This document shows positions 29,983 through 38,826 of a stretch of DNA of 64,000 nucleotides, piece by piece. The notes below the pieces were generated by a model. The model ran no database searches and was not told where the DNA came from. It worked only from the letters and a program-made list of their open reading frames with translations. The stretch is from a virus: the IMG/VR virus record IMGVR_UViG_3300025276_000020; one strand, given 5' to 3'. Numbering within the stretch: position 1 is the first letter of the stretch; each line of letters opens with the position of its first letter. A program made the position numbers and the translations under genes.

Positions 29983-30285
29983 ATGGCTTATGCCCCACAA
30001 GAAACCTACTTCGAAAATAAAGCTACCATTCTCGGTGGCTGGAGACTGAAAGATAATGATAACTTCTTTGAGTTCTCTGTCAACGATGATCCTTTCTATT
30101 TCTGCGAAGACTTTCCACATAAGGTGTGGGTCAGCAACAACCCAATCAACGATTCGGGCTACCGATATGCCATAGTCAAGAAGACTGTAGCGTATATCTG
30201 CGTAGATGAGGATGAGTTTGGTCTACCAGTACTTGAGAAATGGGACATAAAAAATCATAGATTATACCCTAATTATCTCAAATAA
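29983..30285 (+). CDS. Hypothetical early protein
   Basis: Own promoter; AG-rich leader. Confidence 0.7.
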   Translation: MAYAPQETYFENKATILGGWRLKDNDNFFEFSVNDDPFYFCEDFPHKVWVSNNPINDSGYRYAIVKKTVAYICVDEDEFGLPVLEKWDIKNHRLYPNYLK

Positions 30286-30286
30286 C

Positions 30287-30316
30287 GGTTGACATTGCTG
30301 TCCAACCTGCTATAAT
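30287..30316 (+). promoter_or_regulatory. Early promoter repeat copy 2
   Basis: GGTTGACA-ttgct-GTCCAACCTGC-TATAAT. Confidence 0.85.
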
Positions 30317-30347
30317 ACTTGTATTGAATTGATAAAGAGAGACGATT

Positions 30348-30545
30348 ATGACAGAGAATATTGAAGTGCAATACATCGACAACATCCATTTGTTCACTGG
30401 TGTGATTCCAGCTGGTTTCGATCTCATCGAATATGAGCGTGGTACTGACCCAGTTGATGACGGTCTGGTGCTGTATGGTTTCGATGAAGTTGGTTGTCTA
30501 AACGAGTTCGATAGACCAGAACATGCTTTTGTTAAAATTAGTTAA
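30348..30545 (+). CDS. Hypothetical early protein
   Basis: Own promoter; acidic 65 aa. Confidence 0.65.
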   Translation: MTENIEVQYIDNIHLFTGVIPAGFDLIEYERGTDPVDDGLVLYGFDEVGCLNEFDRPEHAFVKIS

Positions 30546-30551
30546 AATAAA

Positions 30552-30581
30552 GGTTGACTTACTAGTCCAACCTGCTATACT
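30552..30581 (+). promoter_or_regulatory. Early promoter repeat copy 3
   Basis: GGTTGACT-tacta-GTCCAACCTGC-TATACT. Confidence 0.85.
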
Positions 30582-30613
30582 AACTAAGTAATCAATTGAG
30601 AGAGAAATAAATT

Positions 30614-30967
30614 ATGGCTTACGTATCACAAGAAGACAAAAAACAACTTGCTCCTGCTATCAAAGCAGTGCTTAAAGAGTTTGGCATGAAGGGCAGTATC
30701 TCTGTCCGTAACCACTCAACATTAGTTGTTAATCTTAAAAAGGGCGAAGTAGACTTTGGCGATGCCCATTATCAAGTAAACACTTACTGGATTGATGATC
30801 ACTTCGCTGAGAAGCCAGTAGCCAAGAAGTTCCTTAACAAGCTTCTTGATGCTATGAAAGGTCCTAGCTACTTCAACGATGATGATGCCATGACCGACTA
30901 CTTTAGCCGTTCGCATTACACTGACATCAACATTGGTCAGTGGAACAAATCTTACGAACTAGTATAA
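30614..30967 (+). CDS. Conserved hypothetical early phage protein
   Basis: MAYVSQEDKKQLAPAIKAVLK...DDAMTDYF; own promoter. Confidence 0.7.
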   Translation: MAYVSQEDKKQLAPAIKAVLKEFGMKGSISVRNHSTLVVNLKKGEVDFGDAHYQVNTYWIDDHFAEKPVAKKFLNKLLDAMKGPSYFNDDDAMTDYFSRSHYTDINIGQWNKSYELV

Positions 30968-31431
30968 TGAGTATCGCTTCCAGACCGGAAATTAGCGGTG
31001 CCTCAGCAACCGCAAAAGAGAAGTTCTTCAATGAGGGATATTCTCTTCCGACATGCATAAACAGTGGATGTATTCGCCCGGTTCAAGTTAGATGTTGGAC
31101 TAACTGGTCATTCAAGACCGAGTGTGGCACATGTTACAAAGCAAGAGCGACTGGTATCAAAGGCAAGGCAATGGAAGGCATTGTTATACACAAGAAGCAA
31201 TTCTGTGAAAACCATGATTCCCATTTAGGCTGGAAATGTCCAGTACCTAAAGCAAGCTGGCTCAAGTTGGGCATGTTACAGTCTTTAGATTTAGAACACG
31301 TTGACGGTAATCACGATAACAATGATCCCGAAAACGTTAAGACGATATGTAAATTGTGTCATGCTAAGAAGTCTATGAAGTACGGCGACTTCAGTAACAG
31401 GAAAGCTTCTGCAAGAAAAATTACACATTAA
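30967..31431 (+). CDS. HNH endonuclease with Cys-rich N-terminus
   Basis: LDLEHVDGNHDNNDPENVKTICKLCH; start at the ATG overlapping the previous stop. Confidence 0.8.
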   Translation: MSIASRPEISGASATAKEKFFNEGYSLPTCINSGCIRPVQVRCWTNWSFKTECGTCYKARATGIKGKAMEGIVIHKKQFCENHDSHLGWKCPVPKASWLKLGMLQSLDLEHVDGNHDNNDPENVKTICKLCHAKKSMKYGDFSNRKASARKITH

Positions 31432-31443
31432 TTAAAAAAAGAG

Positions 31444-31472
31444 TTGACACGGACCCTTTTTTATGCGATAAT
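31444..31472 (+). promoter_or_regulatory. Sigma70-like promoter
   Basis: TTGACA-17-GATAAT with TG extension. Confidence 0.65.
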
Positions 31473-31503
31473 GTGTACATAGATTAAAAAAAGAGAGTAT
31501 ATT

Positions 31504-31818
31504 ATGATAGTAACAGTGATTCACAAAGCGTTCGAGAAAGACCAAGTAACAGTTGCAGAAGTTAATTCTCCTGCCTTAGCCACCATAGATGAAGCATTAG
31601 AGTATGCTTATCGATGGACTAACAACATTATGGGTTCTTGGTCACGAACAGATATCGAAGACAATAATGATGAAAATCCAAACGTTACTGTCTTAGCTCC
31701 ACTTATCGAGAGTGAGGGTAAAACTTACGGACTTCGTTCTACATCAATGAGAGACTTGATGATCGCTAACGGCAGAACTTATGAAGTAGATGCTTGCGGT
31801 TTTAGTGAGGTAGCATAG
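31504..31818 (+). CDS. Hypothetical early protein
   Basis: LEYAYRWTNNI...GLRSTSM pattern; own promoter. Confidence 0.65.
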   Translation: MIVTVIHKAFEKDQVTVAEVNSPALATIDEALEYAYRWTNNIMGSWSRTDIEDNNDENPNVTVLAPLIESEGKTYGLRSTSMRDLMIANGRTYEVDACGFSEVA

Positions 31819-32462
31819 TGAAGAAAGGCAGAAAAGATTTTATTTTTGATTTAGAGACGATAGGGGCAAATGTTTTTCACTGCCCCGTTGTCGATGTCGC
31901 ATATACCACATTTGAGTGGGATAGATTTGCTGAAGAGCCATATACCTTCGAAGAGGTTGCAGGTACCGTTCAGACTTTAAAGGCTGATGTTAACGATCAG
32001 ATGCAGAATTATGGCACTAAGTTTAACAAGGCTGATGTTGAGTGGTGGGAAAGACTTCCTAAACTTGCACGTGATAAGTTGAACAGGACAGAAAATGACT
32101 TGACAGTCGTAGAGTTTTGTGATACAATACTAGCTTATCTTAGAGAACAAAGAAACGTTGATTATTGGTGGTCACGTGGCAATACGTTTGACCCAGTTAT
32201 ACTTAACAGGCTAATGCTTGCGACAGATAACATGCCAACGATGGATCAGTATCTTAAGTTCTATAAGGTTAGGGATGTTCGTAGTCACATCGATGCCAAG
32301 TTTGATTACACTACACGTAATGGTTTCGTACCTGTGAGTGATGAGTCTTATTGGTCGACAGCGTTCATTGCACACGATAGCTCTCATGATGTTGCGGCTG
32401 ATGTTATGAGACTTCAAACAATATACAGAGCCGAGAACGACATGGAGCAAACTGCCCGATGA
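31818..32462 (+). CDS. dexA: DexA-like 3'-5' exonuclease (DEDDh)
   Basis: FDLETIG, WSRGNTFDP, RDVRS, HDSSHDVAAD. Confidence 0.82.
   Translation: MKKGRKDFIFDLETIGANVFHCPVVDVAYTTFEWDRFAEEPYTFEEVAGTVQTLKADVNDQMQNYGTKFNKADVEWWERLPKLARDKLNRTENDLTVVEFCDTILAYLREQRNVDYWWSRGNTFDPVILNRLMLATDNMPTMDQYLKFYKVRDVRSHIDAKFDYTTRNGFVPVSDESYWSTAFIAHDSSHDVAADVMRLQTIYRAENDMEQTAR
32100..32128 (+). promoter_or_regulatory. Internal sigma70-like promoter in dexA
   Basis: TTGACA-17-TACAAT. Confidence 0.55.
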
Positions 32463-32899
32463 ATGACAATTTTGAAGCCGCTAAGAGTGGCGCCCAACGT
32501 GAAGCACTCGGTGTACCTTATATGCGACAGCTCCCTCTTGAGGGTCTTGCCGCAGGTGCCGCCGCACTTGAATACGGTGCAATGAAGTATGCAGATAGAA
32601 ACTGGGAAAAGGGTTTACCTTGGCAACAAATGATTGATAGTCTTAAACGACACATCGATGATTTTGAGCGAAGAAACGACTATGATGATGGACCCAGTGG
32701 TTCGGGACTACATCATGTTTGTATGATAATGGCAGGTGCTCTAATGCTATCCAGTTCGGTTATAAGAGGCATCGGTGAAGATGATCGTATGCCTGAGTTA
32801 GATGGTGGTGCCTTGACTGCTAAAGACTGCGCTAAGTTCATAAGTGACCAATTAAAATTAGCTGAGGATTTAACACAAGCAAGGAGTAAGATGAAATAA
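32459..32899 (+). CDS. dATP/dGTP diphosphohydrolase-domain protein (DUF5664-like)
   Basis: LEYGAMKYADRNWEKG...SLKRH...SGLHH. Confidence 0.75.
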   Translation: MNDNFEAAKSGAQREALGVPYMRQLPLEGLAAGAAALEYGAMKYADRNWEKGLPWQQMIDSLKRHIDDFERRNDYDDGPSGSGLHHVCMIMAGALMLSSSVIRGIGEDDRMPELDGGALTAKDCAKFISDQLKLAEDLTQARSKMK

Positions 32900-32974
32900 G
32901 ATGGAAAACTTTTGGTGTTCTGATATAAATATAACAGAGCGTGACTTTAAAATATTATGGAAGGTGAATAAAAT

Positions 32975-33625
32975 ATGAAATTTAGCAATGATACCTTGAG
33001 TATCCTCAAGAACTTTTCGACTATCAATCCCAGTGTTGTTTTTAAACCTGGATCGACTATTCGAACAATATCCCCACAAAAGACTGTGATGGCAGCGGCT
33101 ACAATTGGTGAAACAGTTGAGCAACAGGCAGGTGTTTATGACTTGTCTCGCTTCTTAAGCACTCTCGCATTATTCGAGAATCCAGAAGTCGTTTTCGGTA
33201 CAGATCGTTTTACTATTAAGGGTGGTAAAAGCGAACTCCGATACACTTACACTTCTGAATCGTTGATTGTAACACCGCCGGAGAAGGACATTGTTGTTCC
33301 TGATCCTGAAGTGTCTGTCAACATTACCTGGCAAGCTATAGATAGCGTACTGCGTGCCGCAGGCGTTCTACAGTTACCAGAAATCGCTTTCATCGGTGAT
33401 GGAAATAGTGTTACTATTTCTGCCGTAGACAGCAAAACATCTACTGCTGACAACTATAATACAGTTGTTGCTGAAGGTGTGAACACTGAGCCCTTTAACA
33501 TGATTATCAAAACAGATAATCTTAAACTAGTACCAACCGACTACGAGGTCACATTGTCTTCTAAAGGTATGGCACACTTTAAATCCGATAAAGTCCAATA
33601 CTGGATTGCAATCGAATCTCGTTAA
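32975..33625 (+). CDS. gp45: Sliding clamp gp45
   Basis: LKNFSTINPS, GVYDLSRFL, YWIAIE; TATAAATA at 32924. Confidence 0.95.
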   Translation: MKFSNDTLSILKNFSTINPSVVFKPGSTIRTISPQKTVMAAATIGETVEQQAGVYDLSRFLSTLALFENPEVVFGTDRFTIKGGKSELRYTYTSESLIVTPPEKDIVVPDPEVSVNITWQAIDSVLRAAGVLQLPEIAFIGDGNSVTISAVDSKTSTADNYNTVVAEGVNTEPFNMIIKTDNLKLVPTDYEVTLSSKGMAHFKSDKVQYWIAIESR

Positions 33626-33649
33626 TCATCATAAATATAGGAGAATATT

Positions 33650-33937
33650 ATGACAGATGAAAACCAAGTAGCTTCAGGTGAAGCACCAGAGCAAGAGCAA
33701 GAACAAGCTCCTGGTCTATCATTGCAGGACATTTCTGCGGCTGTTCAAATCATTGATGTAGTGACGCCTCGTGGAGCATTCCGCGGTGAAGAGCTTGCGT
33801 CAGTGGGCATGGTACGTGAACGCTTTATGGCATTCTTGCGTCACGCTAAAGAGCAGGGTCAAGATGTTCAGTTGCCAGGTGAAGCACCTAGTGCACCACC
33901 AGCTGAAGCACCGGCTGAAGCACCAGCTGAAGCTTAA
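33650..33937 (+). CDS. Conserved hypothetical protein with C-terminal PAEA repeats
   Basis: LSLQDI...IIDVVTPRGAFRGEEL; AGGAG SD; CATAAATA at 33630. Confidence 0.7.
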   Translation: MTDENQVASGEAPEQEQEQAPGLSLQDISAAVQIIDVVTPRGAFRGEELASVGMVRERFMAFLRHAKEQGQDVQLPGEAPSAPPAEAPAEAPAEA

Positions 33938-33967
33938 GTGAGATCGAAGGGAAGAGGTTGAGTTTAC

Positions 33968-33996
33968 TTGACTTCTTCCCTTCAACCCTTTATACT
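33968..33996 (+). promoter_or_regulatory. Sigma70-like promoter for gp44
   Basis: TTGACT-17-TATACT. Confidence 0.65.
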
Positions 33997-34025
33997 GTAC
34001 GGTATAAAGTTTATTATATTATGGA

Positions 34026-34976
34026 GTGATGATGATGCAGAATGATTTTTTATGGGTAGAGAAGTATCGCCCACGCACAGTTAAAGATACAATTCTTCCT
34101 GATGAGATGAAGAAGACCTTTCAACAGTTTGTCGATCAAGACAATGTTCCCAATTTATTACTAGCGGGTCGAGCAGGTGTAGGTAAGACTACAATCGCTA
34201 AAGCTATGCTAGAAGAGATAGGTGCCGATTACATAACCATCAACGGTTCGATGAACGGCAATATCGATACCCTACGTGTAGAAATTTCAAACTTTGCATC
34301 TAGTGTATCATTCACCGGTGGTCGTAAATACGTCATACTAGACGAAGCTGACTACCTTAACGCAAACTCTACACAGCCCGCTCTTCGTAACTTTATGGAA
34401 GAGTTCTCAAAGAACTGTGGTTTCATTATGACGTGTAACTTTAAGAACCGCATCATTGAGCCACTACATTCTAGATGCAGTGTTATCGAGTTTGGTATTA
34501 CTAACAAAGATAAGCCCGTTATTGCCTCACAGTTTTTCAAGAGAGTATGCGGCATTTTAGATGAAGAGGGTATTACGTATGATCAAAAGTCTGTTGCCGA
34601 AATTGTACAGGTTTATTTCCCTGATTGGCGCCGAGTGCTTAATGAATTACAGCGTTATTCTGCTACTGGTCGTATTGATGCTGGCATCCTAGCAAGTAAA
34701 TCGTCTGACAATATTTCTACTCTTATCAATCTTATGAAAGATAAGAACTTCACTGCCACTCGTAAGTGGGTTGCAGATAACCAAGATATCGACTCTGCTG
34801 TTCTATACAGGCAGTTGTACGATATTTTACCAAGTAAAGTTAACAGTACTCAAAGTATTGCTGATTCTATTATCATTCTAGCAGAGTATCAATATAAAGA
34901 GGCATTCGTTGCCAACTCTGAGATCAACCGAGTTGCGGCACTTGCCACACTTATGGCAGAGATCGACTGGAAATGA
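34026..34976 (+). CDS. gp44: Clamp loader large subunit gp44
   Basis: LWVEKYRP, GRAGVGKTT, ILDEAD, PLHSRC; true start may be ATG 34032 or 34035. Confidence 0.96.
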   Translation: MMMMQNDFLWVEKYRPRTVKDTILPDEMKKTFQQFVDQDNVPNLLLAGRAGVGKTTIAKAMLEEIGADYITINGSMNGNIDTLRVEISNFASSVSFTGGRKYVILDEADYLNANSTQPALRNFMEEFSKNCGFIMTCNFKNRIIEPLHSRCSVIEFGITNKDKPVIASQFFKRVCGILDEEGITYDQKSVAEIVQVYFPDWRRVLNELQRYSATGRIDAGILASKSSDNISTLINLMKDKNFTATRKWVADNQDIDSAVLYRQLYDILPSKVNSTQSIADSIIILAEYQYKEAFVANSEINRVAALATLMAEIDWK

Positions 34977-35170
34977 AACTGAATCCATTTAAAAAGAAGG
35001 AACCACAGCATACATGCCTTATTTGCATGAAGACTGCTGGTAGTAATCCTTCTGAGGTACGATACAAGTATCAAGATGGTGAAGGCGTTGCATATCTATG
35101 TGATGTGTGTAGCGAAGAATTTAATAAGGATACAGTAGATAGGAATCGAGAAAATGACATCTCCGTTTGA
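34973..35170 (+). CDS. Small putative zinc-finger protein
   Basis: CLIC...CDVC; overlaps both neighbours. Confidence 0.55.
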   Translation: MKLNPFKKKEPQHTCLICMKTAGSNPSEVRYKYQDGEGVAYLCDVCSEEFNKDTVDRNRENDISV

Positions 35171-35549
35171 GTACGTAAATACAATTACGCTAAGTAAGAA
35201 GAATATGATGCGTGATAGCGAGAACGATGTTCTTGCAGAAAAAGGCTATGAGCCTTGGTTAGTAAACAATGCACTGTCTTACTTTCCTGATACAATTCTT
35301 CATGCAAACCTAATGAATATGAACCACCAGTTGGATAAGCGTCCCCAATACGAGTGTCTTATAAATAGCATTAGACCTAAAAAGCGATGGGCAAAGTGGG
35401 TTAAGAATGCTAGTAATGAAGACCTTGATATGATATGTGAGTTCTATCTTTGTAATAGAACTGTTGGTCAAGAATATCTTTCTTTGTTGTCTAGTGATGA
35501 ATTGAGAATCATGAAAGAACAACAAGAAATAGGTGGTGTGAAGAAATGA
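35154..35549 (+). CDS. gp62: Clamp loader small subunit gp62
   Basis: YEPWLVNNALSYFPDTI, INSIRPKKRW. Confidence 0.9.
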   Translation: MTSPFEYVNTITLSKKNMMRDSENDVLAEKGYEPWLVNNALSYFPDTILHANLMNMNHQLDKRPQYECLINSIRPKKRWAKWVKNASNEDLDMICEFYLCNRTVGQEYLSLLSSDELRIMKEQQEIGGVKK

Positions 35550-35941
35550 ACATTTTAGAGAAACTAGTAGAGGTAACTCTGCCCAACGAGGAAAGCTTTC
35601 TTAAAGTAAAAGAAACACTTACTCGTATAGGTATTGCCTCAAAGAAAGAGCAGAAGTTGTATCAGTCTTGCCATATCCTGCACAAGCAGGGCAAGTACTA
35701 CATTGTACACTTCAAAGAACTTTTCATGTTAGACGGAAAGATTAACGACTTCTCAGAAGAGGACAAGGCACGTAGAAATACTATTGTCAAGTTGCTTGAA
35801 GAATGGTCATTGATTAAGCCTTTGAATGCTGAGATGATTGCAGAGCCAACAGCTCCACTATCACAAATCAAAATTCTTCCTCACAAGGAAAAGGGCGAGT
35901 GGGAACTTATTGCTAAGTACAGCATAGGCAAAAAACGCTAA
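35546..35941 (+). CDS. regA: Translational repressor RegA
   Basis: FLKVKETLTRIGIAS, LYQSCHILHKQGKYYIVHFKELF. Confidence 0.97.
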   Translation: MNILEKLVEVTLPNEESFLKVKETLTRIGIASKKEQKLYQSCHILHKQGKYYIVHFKELFMLDGKINDFSEEDKARRNTIVKLLEEWSLIKPLNAEMIAEPTAPLSQIKILPHKEKGEWELIAKYSIGKKR

Positions 35942-35958
35942 ACTGATTTTACATTTTA

Positions 35959-36534
35959 ATGAAGGATTATACTATGATTAGAGATAATGATATGCTTGCC
36001 GCTATCAACATGATAGAAGACAGCGAGTTGAAGATATTCAAACTTTTTCCAGAAGCCCATATGCCTATATACGGCACAGAATGGTCAGCTTGTTTTGATC
36101 TAAAAGCGTCTATTCGTCCTACAGATACCTTAACAGTTTATGGACAATCCAATGAGAAGCGCAAGTCTGTCATTGATCCTAATAATGGTAAAGGTTGCGT
36201 ACTATACTCAGGAGAAAGAGTATTAGTTCCTACGGGGCTAGTCTTTGATCTCACTGAAGATCAATCCCTACGCATTCATCCACGTTCAGGCTTAGCTTGG
36301 AAATCTGGTATTACAGTAGCAAACTGTGAAGGTGTTGTCGATGCTGACTACGTTCAACAGACCTATGTGATGCTACAGAACATTTCTGATCAACCATTTA
36401 TGATACGTGACGGTGATCGTATTGCTCAGGCAGAGATCGTTAAAAACAATAGAGTGTGGTTTATTGAAACTACTATTGAGCCTAAAGAAAAGACTGATCG
36501 AACAGGTGGTCTTGGCTCTACAGGAGTTCAGTGA
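35959..36534 (+). CDS. dut: Trimeric dUTPase
   Basis: ACFDL, PRSGLA, GVVDADY, GDRIAQ, RTGGLGSTG. Confidence 0.92.
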   Translation: MKDYTMIRDNDMLAAINMIEDSELKIFKLFPEAHMPIYGTEWSACFDLKASIRPTDTLTVYGQSNEKRKSVIDPNNGKGCVLYSGERVLVPTGLVFDLTEDQSLRIHPRSGLAWKSGITVANCEGVVDADYVQQTYVMLQNISDQPFMIRDGDRIAQAEIVKNNRVWFIETTIEPKEKTDRTGGLGSTGVQ

Positions 36535-36719
36535 TGTATCAGACATCTTTTAAGTTTTATGATTTAGATCCTGAGCAGTTAGAGTTGGATTTTAAAACAC
36601 CTGAACATCTAGAACTTGATGTTAACGTGAAAGACTTATCGTACAGTTTCAGTTACAATGTCTCATTTGATGGCACAACTATTACAGATAGTAATATGAC
36701 GTATTACAAAATATCATGA
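36531..36719 (+). CDS. Hypothetical protein
   Basis: 62-aa ORF overlapping the dut stop; PEQLELD/PEHLELD mini-repeat. Confidence 0.45.
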   Translation: MMYQTSFKFYDLDPEQLELDFKTPEHLELDVNVKDLSYSFSYNVSFDGTTITDSNMTYYKIS

Positions 36720-36749
36720 AGTTTTTTCGGAACATTACCATATAACATG

Positions 36750-36814
36750 TATAAATACATGTGAGTTGCCTTCGGGGACTCATAACAATAACCCTTGCTT
36801 AACAGGAGGTCAAT
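36750..36814 (+). promoter_or_regulatory. Late promoter and structured hsp20 leader (UUCG hairpin, ROSE-like SD hairpin)
   Basis: TATAAATA 36750-36757; TGAGTTGCC-TTCG-GGGACTCA; CTTGCT-taac-AGGAG pairing over the SD. Confidence 0.65.
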
Positions 36815-37276
36815 ATGACTTATATGCAAACACAGTACGATCCATTTACAACCGTAGGATTCGATAGAATCTTTGAACGCATCCAAGCGATGCATCAAAC
36901 GCCCAACGATAGAGGTGCCAGTAACTATCCGCCATATAATATCACGAGAGAAAGTGATACAACGTATATCGTTGAAATGGCAGTTGCTGGATTCACTGAG
37001 GAATCTCTTGACATTCAAGTCAAAGAAGGTGTCCTAACAGTCGAAGGTAAGGTTGAGGACTCTGAAGATAAAGAGTACATTCACAAAGGCATTGCCGCTC
37101 GTGCTTTCACGAGAACATTCACACTTGCTGAAACGGTAATTGTGAAAGATGCAGGACTTGAGAATGGTATGCTTCGTATCTTGTTAGAAAACGTCATCCC
37201 AGAGGAGCAGAAGCCTAAGAAAATTAAGATTGGGCAGAAGCTTAATACGGGAGAGAAAGAACTACTACAAGAATAG
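36815..37276 (+). CDS. hsp20: Small heat shock protein (Hsp20/IbpA family)
   Basis: NYPPYNI, EMAVAGF, YIHKGIAARAFTRTFTLAE, LENGML. Confidence 0.95.
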   Translation: MTYMQTQYDPFTTVGFDRIFERIQAMHQTPNDRGASNYPPYNITRESDTTYIVEMAVAGFTEESLDIQVKEGVLTVEGKVEDSEDKEYIHKGIAARAFTRTFTLAETVIVKDAGLENGMLRILLENVIPEEQKPKKIKIGQKLNTGEKELLQE

Positions 37277-37359
37277 TAGGGACATTTGGGTGGGACGTAG
37301 ATCAAAAGTTTATTGTCTCACCCTTTAATCAAATATTTGTATAGGAGCAAATAAAGCTT

Positions 37360-37482
37360 ATGAAAACTGCAATCTCTTTCATTAAGAGTTGCGACGGTGC
37401 ATTCTGCGACACTGTATCTCAAGTACTGTTGTTAGCATTATCCACTTTTGTAATAGCTAGTTGTCTAACACAACTAGCATAA
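37360..37482 (+). CDS. 40-aa putative membrane peptide (not in ORF track)
   Basis: MKTAISFIKSCDGAFCDTVSQVLLLALSTFVIASCLTQLA; AGGAG upstream; followed by a terminator. Confidence 0.5.
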   Translation: MKTAISFIKSCDGAFCDTVSQVLLLALSTFVIASCLTQLA

Positions 37483-37503
37483 GGATATAAGGTAAATAAC
37501 TCC

Positions 37504-37538
37504 AACGGTGAACTTAACGGCTCACCGTTTTCGTTTTT
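37504..37538 (+). terminator. Intrinsic terminator
   Basis: AACGGTGA-loop-TCACCGTT then TTCGTTTTT. Confidence 0.7.
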
Positions 37539-37543
37539 AGTAC

Positions 37544-37572
37544 TTGACAATGGCACTAAACCGTGCTATAAT
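37544..37572 (+). promoter_or_regulatory. Sigma70 consensus promoter for ligase
   Basis: TTGACA-17-TATAAT with TG extension. Confidence 0.85.
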
Positions 37573-37608
37573 GTATACATCAAATGATTAATTGAGAGAG
37601 ACTATATT

Positions 37609-38760
37609 ATGCAAACTGTACAAAGCCTACCCACCCTCTACAAACGTGATAGTAAAGGTAAGATACGAGTACTGACTATAGAAGTCGGTCTAGTTGAACA
37701 TGGTTTTCCTACAAATACTGAAGACCTGTTTGGAACTAGATCGATAGCTGGATTGCAAGAAGGTAAGTTAGTTACCTCTGGATGGAAAATCAGCAAACCT
37801 AAAAATGTCGGTAAAATCAATGGCACGACATCACGTACTCAAGCCGAATCAGAAGCTCAAGCAAATTGGGACAAGAAGGCAGAGAAAGAGTACTTTACAG
37901 ACATTAACTTCGTAGACACTTATGAGAAATTTAAGCCCATGCTTGCTGGTGATTACACTAAGCAAAGGGTTCAAGTAACATCTGGATTTAGTCAGCCTAA
38001 ATTGGACGGCATTAGATGTGTTGCGAATTCTAGTGGATTGTGGACACGTGCCGGTAAAGCCATCACGAGTTGTCCTCATATTTGGTCAGCAGTTAAGCCA
38101 ATCTTAGATGCTAATCCAACTATGACTTTAGACGGCGAACTATATAATCACGAGTTAAAAGATGACTTTAATAAGATCACCTCATTAGTGAGAAAGATGA
38201 AGTCTACTGATGAAGATATAGAAGAGGCTAAGAATTTGGTGCAATACCACGTCTATGATCTACAAGATAGTATGTCGCCTAATGATTCGTTCTCAATACG
38301 ATCTGCTGTTATCGAGCATCTTATCAACAGCAACTGCCTATATCTAAAGAAAGTTCCAACGTCCTTAGCTGTCGATCAAGAAGAGTTAGACGAATTATAC
38401 GCTAATTACACGACGGATGGATACGAAGGACAAATGGTGCGTAACAATACTCCTTATGAAAACAAAAGATCGAATGGTCTACTGAAGCGTAAAGAGTTTA
38501 TAACTGAAGAGTTCAGAGTTGCGTCTATGTTAGAAGGTCAAGGCAACTGGGCAGGACATGTCAAGAAGTTTGTTTTGATTATGCCTAATGGAGACAACTG
38601 TGGAGCTGGAGTTCGAGGTAAGCAAGACAAGCTTAAAGAGCTTTGGGAATCAGGCGATACTCCTAGTTGGGCAACGTTACGATATTTCGGTCTAACTCCG
38701 GATGGTGTGCCTAGATTTCCTGTAGTTATAGACTACGGATACGGTGAACGTGCTGACTAA
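37609..38760 (+). CDS. ATP-dependent DNA ligase
   Basis: PMLA, QPKLDGIR, LDGELY, YEGQMVR, LLKRK, PRFP. Confidence 0.93.
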   Translation: MQTVQSLPTLYKRDSKGKIRVLTIEVGLVEHGFPTNTEDLFGTRSIAGLQEGKLVTSGWKISKPKNVGKINGTTSRTQAESEAQANWDKKAEKEYFTDINFVDTYEKFKPMLAGDYTKQRVQVTSGFSQPKLDGIRCVANSSGLWTRAGKAITSCPHIWSAVKPILDANPTMTLDGELYNHELKDDFNKITSLVRKMKSTDEDIEEAKNLVQYHVYDLQDSMSPNDSFSIRSAVIEHLINSNCLYLKKVPTSLAVDQEELDELYANYTTDGYEGQMVRNNTPYENKRSNGLLKRKEFITEEFRVASMLEGQGNWAGHVKKFVLIMPNGDNCGAGVRGKQDKLKELWESGDTPSWATLRYFGLTPDGVPRFPVVIDYGYGERAD

Positions 38761-38765
38761 TTTAC

Positions 38766-38794
38766 TTGACTTTTTGTTTCTTATAATGTACAAT
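38766..38794 (+). promoter_or_regulatory. Sigma70-like promoter for gp43
   Basis: TTGACT-17-TACAAT. Confidence 0.6.
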
Positions 38795-38826
38795 GTAAAC
38801 TATACCATACAAAATGAGGTTCTATC

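Noticed and set aside
29920-30581. Repeats as CRISPR repeats or attC-type sites
   Set aside because: Spacing is gene-sized, the repeats are plainly -35/-10 promoters, and no integrase or cas gene is present
33899-33934. 12-bp tandem repeat encoding PAEA three times
   Set aside because: Ordinary low-complexity in-frame tail with no sign of phase variation
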